The notes under the pieces: generated by a model
What the model was told of the DNA's origin: nothing
Databases searched by the model: none
Seen by the model: the letters and a program-made list of their open reading frames with translations, nothing else
From: Orbicella franksi
Lineage: Eukaryota
NCBI GenBank assembly: GCA_964199315.1
Contig: OZ116706.1
Span: 9,672,001-9,736,000 of the forward strand
DNA: 64,000 nt
Reading direction: 5' to 3'
Position numbers and translations under genes: made by a program
In this document: positions 49,752-60,600 of the stretch, piece by piece
Numbering within the stretch: the first letter of the stretch is position 1
Layout of the letters: every line of letters begins with the position of its first letter

Positions 49752-52700
49752 TTACTCTGCTTGCTGACCTTCCACCTGGCCATCTTTACCATTCTCTCCC
49801 TCGCTTGTTACCCCTGAGTCAGTTCCGCCATCAAGTTGCTCATCCTTGGCTTCCCCTTCAGGGGCTGGGTCAATGATAACATTTTCCTTCTCTTCCTCCC
49901 CCTCGACAGAGCCACCGTTTTCTCCCGAACCCACAGCACTGCTGGGCTGACTACCCTCGTCACCTTCTTCAGCTGCTGATTCTTCTGAAAACGTGTCCCA
50001 CCTCGAACTCTTGAAGTCAAGCAATCTCTGCATGTTACTCTTGCCAACTTGATCCATGCATTGAGAGTAGCGTGCAAGAAGTGTGTGGGCTAAAGCAATT
50101 CCATATTCCACTCTTGTGGTTTCTGTGGTTTCCACTGCTGCAAGGTCCTGAGCAATCTCAAAGCCTCTTCTGTACATGCGGACAGCATCTTCGTATTTAC
50201 CCTGGCACATAAAAGACAACACAATAGTTACTAAAGCAGACTCCCATTACAAGGTGAGGACTGCTTGCAGGTGAGGACTGTAATTATTATTTTGGTCAAA
50301 TAGGCTAATAAACTACTGAAAAGAAAGTGATCTTGGGGGTCATGCCTTGCCACCTTCTCACACCAAATTTTTTTGTGCTTTTTCAATGATCTATAAAGTG
50401 AAGGCAGGTGGCTTCAGGGACTAGCTGTTGTCTTACCAGAGAGTTATATATAGAGCCAAGACTAGTACAAGCTTTCTGCTGTTCTGGTAACTCCTGAGAT
50501 CGATCGGCCAGTTCAACAAACATCTCAAGATACTTCATTGCACTTTCCACATCTCCTTGCCTAGGAACAACACACAGGTAAGTTAGATCTTTTATCACAT
50601 CATACTTATATTATTGTAACTGCCAGAATTTTCTCTCTACTTGTACAACAATCCCTTTTCTTTTTTTTTCTTTTTTTTTTTCTTGATACTTTGTTTTTTT
50701 CTTTCCTTTCAACAAACATAACAAATTGCATGTTTTCTGCACTGTAAAATTAGCAAGAAGTGTAAAGAGTTAACAATCCAAAAAAATAAATAAATAAACA
50801 AAAATAAACTTACATTTCATAGGCCCTTGCCAAGGCTTGACAAGCTCGCCCCATTCCAACATCATCAGAGTTCTGCTGGCATTTTTCCAAGTATCCATTA
50901 TGGTACTGGAACAAATGAACAAAACAAAGTGTAATGTAAAGTTGAATTTCTAATCATTTGTCACAGCAAAAGGCAAGAAAGGATCACAATAATTATTTTA
51001 ACGTGCAAATCAAAGGAACCATGAATCCTTTTCCAGAGTGGAAGTATTGGTTTCTTTGATGTACCATGATCCAAGTTATCTTGAATCAAAAATCCTAATG
51101 AGAATTTTCACAATGGAATGTACCCAAAGTCTGTTGAGGAATCAATCAGAGCTAATACCGGTACATGTTTAAATGATTGAAGGACACTGGTTTTTAGGAT
51201 GCTTTTGATGTTAAATTTTAAAAATGTTCCCACCAAAATGGCAGTCTCCGCATCTCCAATTTCTTCATAAGTATTTCCCAGTCGATACCCAGCTAAGCCT
51301 TCTTGTTGACTGTCGCCACCTATTGTGAAAACAAAATTTCTGTAGGTTAATATAAATTAACTTTAGTTACCGAGGACTTTATATTTAAATTATACATCAT
51401 TCTAGATTTCCAGGTTAGGTATTAATGTTAAGCAATAAATTAATCTGTTTCAGCTAAATTAATATTCTGACTTTTAATTACGTGTTGGATCTTAATACAC
51501 CTGCTTCAAAAACATACATACATGCATGTACATAATTTATAAACTGCATTAACCGCTAATATAATAAAAGCTCTAAGTTCTCAAGCAAGCTCTTGCCAAA
51601 TACATTTTGTACATTTATTATGTCCACACTTACTTTCTTTAGCCATTCCATATGCTTTCAAGAGGTATTCTATGGACTTCATCAAATCATCTTCCTTAAT
51701 CTACATGATATTTTACAATATAACAATCAAAAGGATGAAAAAATTCAAAATTCTGAAATGACATCATGTGCATCAAACTTGCGAATCAGAGTTTACCTCA
51801 TCTGCCATTGTTGTGTACACTCTTCTGAGGTGACCGCAAGACAGTGAATGAAGATTTTCTCCATTGTCTGTCTGCCATAGACGCCCTTTGGTCAAGTTGT
51901 AAAATGATTCTAAGTACTCTGCAGCTTTAAACAGATCCCCTATAATGCAAAACAGCAACAATATAAACAACTCAATTATGCAACAAGTAATAATTTATGA
52001 CTCAAAATATTGAAGGTACACCATAGATATGTAGGCAACCAAATAATCAATGGCCATTTTTTTTTGTGTGGGCACTTAAGGTCATTCTGCTGAAATAGAA
52101 CCTGCACTGAGAGTTTTGTGAAACTTTGCCTATCGATTGTTTATATTATAGGAACTTAGATTTTGAAATAAAAATGAGGGGTCCCCATGATCGTTTAGGA
52201 GCAAAAGCACCTTGTTTATACCCATATAAATCCTTATAATAGCACCATAATTGTAATTACGATTGCTTGCTAAATTCACGTTTCCGACGATTGTTTTTTG
52301 TTCTACACTGAGAATTGGTCCATATTTATTTTATACAGAGAAATTTATTACTCAATTCAAAACAACAGAAAAAAATGATAGGTCACCATACTCGTTTGCA
52401 AGAAAATGATGATTTACCTCTATGGGAAGGTCCAGCTGTAAAGAAAAAGCCGCCATTTTTTAATGCACGCGTGCTAATCAGGCATGAAATTATGTGCAGT
52501 AGGGATGCGCAATGCAATACTGGGGAATGACCTTAAGGTTAATTTACATGTATATGAACTTAATTAAAAGACCACAAACTGACGAGCTTGAAATTAAAGT
52601 TGTTCAACATGCCAGAGTTAAAAATAAGCCCATATATTTTTGAAAAAATGTTTCTGACTTACAATTCTCTAATCTTATCTACCTTAGATCAACTCAACTC

Positions 52701-55700
52701 AACTCTGGCCCATGACTCCAAGTCTAGGGGCTCATGGCACAAAGTTAAGTCTACAGATCAACTCACCTCTTTTCTCAGAGGCCAATCCCATGTTACAGTT
52801 AGCCTCTGATTCCTTCCTTCTCCCATCACCCCTGATCTTCAGACTAGTCTTCAAACATGAGCCATAAAAGTGATCTGAAAGCCAGAAGTCCTCTGTCTCC
52901 TCGAAGAATCGTGCCAGGGCCAGTAGGCTGTGGTACACCTGGTCCATTTTACCTGCATGCACAAAAAATTAAAATCATGGTACTTCATGTCGCATGGGAC
53001 TCCGCCATTTAACTGTCTCTAAGACTCACTTTCCTGCAGGCCTTTTTTAAGATGGATGCTTTAAATTTTGAAACCGTGTCAGTTACCAGTATTGTCAGTG
53101 ATACAGATATGTACGAAATTAAATGCAGAAAGACTTTTAGGTTGAAAAGTGGACAATTTGTTGTTTCAGTTTGGTTCTTTTGATCTTTCTAGAAGGTTAT
53201 CCATTTTGGAACTAACATGTAGTAAAATATCTTAGTTCCCACTCAGTCTATGCATCCTATGTATGTACTGGTATATTCAAGTTCACTTGATAAGTGCCAC
53301 AGTGAAATAAGTTCTTCACCCCTTCTCCCAGCAGCCTCTGCTGTTGTAAGATGATGCTTTAGTTGGTCGAGTTTCTCAGGTTCATCCTCCAGTAAAGGCT
53401 GATCAGAAAGACCAGAATCTCTTCCTAAACTTTGTATATCCTGCTTCTGTTTCTCCATTAGGTTAAACAGCTCCTGGAAGGACTGATGGAAGCCTTCTTT
53501 CAACATGTCCAGACACAGATTGTGTTCATAAGTGTTGCGATATCTGCCATGACATTAAACAAATGTTGATATAGTACGACTGACACAGTCCAATCTCCCT
53601 GAGTCACTACCTCTTATAATGTAACCAGCTCTATAACAAGATCTCAGTTTCTCACACTGTACAAAATGTGGTCTTTCGTATTTGATATACTGTGCATATT
53701 ACTTCTCACACTGTAAAAAATGTCAAAGCCAGTCACCTGATTAAATAGATGCCAAATGAAATTCATGAAATTAGATACATGTACAACTGTACACATAGAA
53801 AGGTTCTCAATGGCCAATTCCCTCAATGAGGTGTGCCTGCAGGGGATCATGGTTATTGCACAAGTATTCATCATTTACAAATATCCAGTCCAAGATGATG
53901 AACACAACTACCATGATTCCCTGCACCTACATCTCCTAGATTCTCTAAGAGGGAATTGGGTTTTTTTTAGATCAAGAGTGTATTTAAGTGTGAGTTTTCA
54001 GGGCTCGACAGTAATGGTAGCCAACTAGCCACAGACTAGTAGAAATTTAGTTTTAGCTAGTAGGTTGTTGATTTCCACTAGCCACTTTGGCTAGTCAACA
54101 AAATGAAATTGGCTGAACTAGTTTCTGTCTCCTTCAAGGAAGACAAACACAAAATTTACACTTTTCTCGGAAACAAGGTCAGAATTTCATTGTGGACATA
54201 TCATGGTACAGGGCATGTGCTATTCAGCACGTACATGTATGCAAATTTAAGTTTGTCTACTTTTCGCTGGGTGGTACGTAAACGGGGAACTGAACGTGTT
54301 ACTTTTGTTGAAAGAAACATTTGACAAACAAGACAGCATTTTCTGAAGGCACACATCAATGCTCTTTTTTGTTATGAATTTTTTTCATGCGCAAAATAGT
54401 GCGGAACTGTAAAGAGATAACATTTCATTTAGCGTAACAATACATGGGTGATTTGTCGTTGTATGCTTACTTACAAACTTACCACTACAGAAATAATTAG
54501 ATGAGAAAGATTTATTTCCTTCGACATTTAAACCAGCCATTTTTAGTAGTCGAATTTCGCCAAAAACAGTTTACAGTATTGTTTAGATAACTGTTTTGCT
54601 TTTGAAACATTTCTACAGGGCCTGTCTGTGAAGAAGTCTCGACAGTTTTTACAGTGACATCTTCGGGGTCTCAATATTTTTCCAAGGAAGTCTCAGAGAA
54701 AAACTGAGTCCTGAAAGTCTTTTCGGTAGCTGGAACTTTTTTGAAACTAGTTTAACTACACTATAATTACCAACATTATGTATTAAAGAGAGTTGCTTGT
54801 GTTGTGCTTTCAAGTCTTGCTAGTAATTCTGTTGTTATTGGACCTACCTGAAATTTTCGTGACACGTTAATTTTGCGAATTTCACGATTTAAAAAAAAAA
54901 ATCGCAAAATTAAAGTGACGCGAATAAGCAAGTATTGGCAACATAACACATTATGTTACTGTTGACATATAATACCGCCATTGTGTTTTTGTTACTTTTG
55001 ACGTTATTGTATCTTTGATATAGTCAGTTTACCAAATTTAAAGACATGTTTAAGTAACATTGCCAAGGAAATAAATTTTGTATTACTCAAATATGCAAAG
55101 TTAAAGTGATTCAAAATACAATTTTTTTTGCAAAATCACCAAATTGAAGTGTCGCGAAATACGTGCACCCCCAAATTGTGAAATAAACGTGTTGTGAAAA
55201 TTCCATGTAATAAGGTACATGTAGCCAACCACAATGGTTGGTTAGTAAAAAAAAGTTTTGCCTAGTAACATCTAAGTTATCACTAGCCACTAGGCTAGTA
55301 AGTTGAAAAGTTAGTGTTGAGCCCTGGTTTTCATTAAGGCAGTTTGAAGACTGATATGGGATAAAAGTTTCTGGATATTGTAAAGGTACAATCACTGAAT
55401 AAATCCCCATTGCAGTAAAAGATGGCAGAGCTTCCGTGCAGCACAGCATACCAAACATGTGTAGTAATTAGTAGCTGGATATACAGTAAAATTATACAAT
55501 TTAATATAATTAAACTTGTCAAATGTTGTTGATGTCATTTAGATTTTTATTTTTTTTTCCTATTCTTTCATTATAATTTCTACAACTTGACACAATGGGA
55601 TGAGGAAGAGAAACAAAATCAGCTGACCAAAAGCAAAATTAAGCCACAATAGCAACAGCATAGATATTATTGAAAGATTCTGTTTATAAAGAGCTTACCT

Positions 55701-55919
55701 TGAAGTGTCTATCTTGTCAGAGCTAGCTGTTTTCTTTAGATCAGAAGGAGGGCTTCTGACAAATGAACCCTCAGGTCTCTGAATTCCTCTGCTGCTGCGT
55801 TGATATGGACTTCCTAAGGAAGACCCTTTGGCTGGTGGAGATGGAACATGTCTGATGACCTGCTGAGTGACCTGGCCACCTACCTTGATGGGAGGCAACT
55901 GAGTGGTCAGCGTGCTCAT
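49752..55919 (-). CDS. TTC29: Tetratricopeptide repeat protein 29, 9 coding exons
   Basis: Exons: 55699-55919, 53320-53543, 52767-52952, 51797-51939, 51634-51700, 51234-51319, 50814-50905, 50437-50560, 49752-50201, all phase-consistent. [49 protein letters not shown] and [11 protein letters not shown] match TTC29 hallmarks ([48 protein letters not shown]). Confidence 0.92.
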
Positions 55920-57431
55920 TTTGAATACTTTACAAGACTTCTTTAGTACTTGTGAACTAAAAAATAAAATTAAAAAAAATTAATAGCAACATGAATATTG
56001 AATATTGTCCTTCAGTAGCATTTTCAATTTTATTAAACCTGACAAAAGTTGAAATAAGGTCTGAAGCTACAGGGGGCTAAATGTAATTTAGGCAAAGTTT
56101 GAGTCAAGCCAGTGCTGGCCAGCAGTCTCTCAAGGTGATCATGCTCAGTAGGGTCTCATACAGGGTTTTGCAGGGTTTATGTGGTTTGCTTACTAGCTGT
56201 GTGAGAACGTGCAGTTTGCCTTTGAGTGTCATTTATGCCTATTGAGTGCTGAAGCTACTGTAAAATTGATTGATTTTAAAATCTTTTTCTAAAAAAATCA
56301 ATTTTTGTTGCTAAAAAGCCTACCATATTATGTTCTGTCAGTGCTAATTCAGTTATCACTGCATTTGCAAGTCACAGAGACATAGGTTGGAAGTCTTTTG
56401 ATGATAAACTTTTGGGCTTGAATTTTGTGTACATAGTACAAAATTTTCCATCTTGAAGAATTATAACTTGCTGTAACATTGTGCCCCTACAACATGCTAA
56501 ACTTGATGTCTTTGAATATCCGAGATCCCGCCAACTGCTGAATAAAGATAATAATAATCTTTATTCATTTAGATTATTATCCGTACATCGCTTTTCCTAG
56601 ATATAAATACTGTTTTGTACTATAAGGACTTAAATTTATAGGTAATAATTAGCTTAACTTTGTTTATTTCGATTATTTTGTGTATACCTGTATGTCTATG
56701 TTTGTTTGTTTGTCTCCCTAACCTAAACATGTAAAATAATATTATCTTTTCTTTTTAATGGCTGCCTGGCATTTTTAACTCCTACATTATTTCGGGTAGC
56801 CAGCACCCCTATCATTTTTGTTATTAATTCATAACATTGTAATAACTATTTTCTAACCCTGGGGTGAAATAAGAGATGTTATTGTTGTTCTTACAAATTC
56901 GATGCGCGCATGATCAAACCGTTTTTTTGTTTTTTTTTCCTTCAATCTATAAACACAACTGACATTTAAACCAATCTCAGTTGTTCATTTAGCCATCACA
57001 TCATTCAACGGAATTTTTGTAACTTTCAAGCAAATCAAGCTGAGAAGTGATATGATCGATATAATCGAGTCAGGCTGGGCTAAATCTAGATCCAATATTT
57101 TTCATCTTTATTTGCAAGTTTTTTGCGAAAAGAGCAGTAAAAAAGGCACATGATTTCTATTTCATCTCAAATTTGCTGCCACGTGGATAAAATCTCAAGA
57201 TTCTGAGCTGAAAAAAGCATGGAATTTTAGCTAGTGGGGCTTCAAATTTGGAAGGTGTGAAAACTGACAAAAGCTAAAGGCACCAATTAATGACAAAAAA
57301 TGTCCAAAAGTCTCCAAAAAGTATACTTTGAGTCGATAAATCTATTAATAAAACATCAAACTCACCTTTCTAGGCTATATCTTGATTACTTCACCGAAAA
57401 TAACACTTGTCTTATCCGACTGAAAACTTAC

Positions 57432-57650
57432 TTTCGCCATGTTTTCAGTGCCATTAGCTGTGACGTCACTACCATGGCTACATTTCAAAACAATCCCACG
57501 AATCTTTACGTCCAAGTGTTTGGGGGTCGAAAAGGTGTCTGGGATATCAAAGGGAAAAGAAAGCGATGACGCAACATCGTACGAAGATCACCCGATCTAG
57601 GCGCGCTGTGATTGGTTAAAAAAAATAGATCGGTGATGGCAGCCAAAATG
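57432..57650. promoter_or_regulatory. Bidirectional TTC29/SREBP promoter: CRE, SRE-like site, inverted CCAAT, YY1-type start
   Basis: Minus-strand donor GTAAGT at 57426-57431 (candidate TTC29 leader exon), TGACGTCA 57461-57468, ATCACCCGAT 57587-57596, ATTGG 57611-57615, and AAAATGGCGG over the SREBP ATG at 57648. CpG-rich. Confidence 0.6.
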
Positions 57651-60600
57651 GCGGACCCTCCAAGTGAAGGTTGGCCTTCATTTTTGAGCGAAACAATGTC
57701 TGGTTTAGAGGCAAATTTCAACAATGATAGAGCCATAAATGAGCCCATGATGGGGGACTTTGACGGTAGGTCTTTTGGCATTTTTATTTTGGCTATTAGC
57801 ACGCGTGAAATTCTCTTATTTCTGGCCAGAGAACAATGAAGCCCGCTCGTTGTTTACGCGCCAACTTTCACATGTACTCTAGTTTCATGCTTTCCAGAGT
57901 AGAAGATAAGGGTCAGATTACGTGAGTTCAGTTGGTTAGGGCCTATGCCTTGAAACTTGTGAATAATTTTTTTTTTAAGTGTTATTTCTCGAGACGAACA
58001 CCTCTGTTTCAACTAAGCTTACATTTCTTGTTTAGTTTTGTTTTCATGTGATAACACGCACAATTGCGAACGTAAGCACTATATTTCATTTCCTTATCGG
58101 TATATAGCGTATATCTCTTTCCACGTCGTAAGCAGGTATGAAAAGATAAAGTTTGATGTCATTTTCTGTTCTATATATTTCATTTTCCTCCAAATCCTGC
58201 AACTCTCTGTACATTTTAAGCTTATTTTATTGTTTGTTAAGAAAAGTCATGTGTTGGAAAGTTCATTATAAAAGGGTTGCAATTGTGTCTATTGACTGAA
58301 CTTTGTCCGCGGAATCTTGTGATCTCTGCATGCTATGCAAACATCTGTGCATCCAAAGTAATTTTTCCAGTTTCTTATATTTCCAAAACAAAAATCACCC
58401 CAGCCTGTAATGTAATATGTATCCGGATGCGAAGAGAAAATGTATACCTTGCTTGTGAAGGAGTCTGTCAGACATTTATTGTGTCAATCATATGTAAATT
58501 GTGTAGATCATGGTGTAGTCAATAAAATAAATGGTGCTTTTTGTATTTGTGTGAAAAAAAAAAAAAACTTTGAGGACTCTCTACTAAATGAAGCAGTACA
58601 AGTTTTCAAAAAGCAAAACAAGATGGGATGAGTGTGTACCATTTGACAGCATATGAAAATCGTCCAGTGAAAAGGTCTCCATTTGTCTTGTTGCCGCGCG
58701 AGAGTGGCCACTTAATATAGGTTTGACTGTATTTCCTACTGAAACAACTGTGTGTTTCATCAAGGAGGGTAGAAAGAGTTTGAATTAAAGCAAATGATGC
58801 AGAGATATTTGGAGAAAAGAGGAAAACCTCTGAAGCTATTCCTTTTTTTCTGCAAAAGCTTTCCAGTGGGAAGGCCAGTTCTATTCAGTTTGATCCTCTG
58901 GATAAACCAGGTTTTCCATAAAAATGGGAAATGCCCAAGGTCAAACCAGATTTTAAACCTACAGTAATCCACAGATTGAGTTACCCAGTTCACCAGTTTG
59001 TAAAGCAATCAAACTTTGATTACTGTCGCTTGCATCTAACCGTGAACACGTGACGCTGAAACATGCTCTAATTGGGTGTCAAATGTGGCATGATTGGTCA
59101 TCAAACATTTGAAGTTTAGCAGACCATAACGCAAACTTTCGCACTTTGAGAGACTCTGAAAGTCCTGCTCCCGCCAATATTTCATGGTTATACTGGAAGC
59201 AAAGCTACATTCGCAAAAGGTGTATGAATATTGACACAGGTCAGGGTCAATTTCTCTCAAGAAGTTGTCAATGTCCAATCTTTTGCCATTTCGTGTGTTA
59301 AACTTTGAGCATGAACGTTCGCGCCACGGTCTGCTAAACGTAAAATATTTGATGACCAATCATGTCTCATTTGACACTCAATTAGAGTATGTTTTGGCGT
59401 CACGTGTTCACGCTTAAATGCAAGCGAGGATATATTCAATTTTGTTTGATTACTGAGGACAGCTGGGAGGATCAATTCATGGATTTACAAAGTATTTGAA
59501 ATTCCTTGTGTGGTTAACATTGATTCATTATGGGAAAAGTAATGTCCAAAGCATATACCATCTAGGATAATGCACATGTACTTACTTTTGTTTATACAAT
59601 ATTGTATTCAGAGGGATTTTTGGATTACCTTTGTGGAGCAGCTGCAGACCCCAATTCAGAACATGCTAACACAACAGTTGGGGTAAATGTAAAGACGGAT
59701 CCATCACAAATCATTCTTTCACCACCGATCACGCCTCCAGAGTCAATGAATACAGATGATGATCATACATCATCTTTTAGCTTTGCTGAGTACCTCTCGA
59801 AAGCAGCAACTCAACAACAAGACCAGTCAGTTCTTTCAGTGTTCCAGCCTCAAGTCCAAGTGAAACAAGAAGGTGGAGTGTTTAATGCCAGCCAGACTGT
59901 TACGGTGACAACAGAGAGTCAGAACACAACTACCCAGTATCTCCTCAATTTACTCCAAGGACAGAAGACGCAACAGGCTCCACCTGCCATGAATACCAAA
60001 ACCTTAGAACAGCTTCTTCAGGAGCCATCCATTCTTGCTCCATCTTCTCAGCCACACACCGTCACTGTTCAACAACCACCGCAAGTCCAGCAACCAGCTC
60101 TTGTAACACAGCAGGTAAGTGAAGTCTTCTCAGTTTTGAGAATGACAGCTTTTCTTCTTCTTTCAAAGTCTGATAAGTATCACTAAACAAGGTAATGATC
60201 CTGATATTTGCCTTGTAAGTACCAAAATAATAGAGGAAAGTCTAAATTTAAAAATCGTGTTAAGAAATTGTCAAACATTTTTTTCAGAAAATTGTAAAAA
60301 CCAGGATATCTTTTATATTAATTTATAAATCTTGCAAGAGAGAGGTCTGTACAGTTTGGCTATAAATTATTATAATTATACATGTGCAATCCTGTACATT
60401 GCATAGAAAAATAATTTATTGCAGGGACAAAACTGTTTTAAGAGAGGCAAAGAGAGCTGCTTGGAGATTTATGTTCATGAGTTATTGCTCATTAATAATT
60501 ATTATAGGATATACTGTGTATGCTATAAATTAGTTTTTTTTTTTCTTGGGCCCTGAAAAACAAATTTGGTTCTTGAAAAGTCCTTGAACTACTAATTACT

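Noticed and set aside
53999-55326. Single 1.3-kb hAT element bounded by CAGGGCTCGACA and TGTTGAGCCCTG
   Set aside because: The 8-bp flanks differ (TGAGTTTT vs GTTTTCAT) and there is no transposase remnant; more likely two partial MITE ends.
57468-57481. RFX X-box for the ciliary gene TTC29 (GTAGCCATGGTAGT)
   Set aside because: One half-site fits, but the other has two mismatches to RGYAAC.
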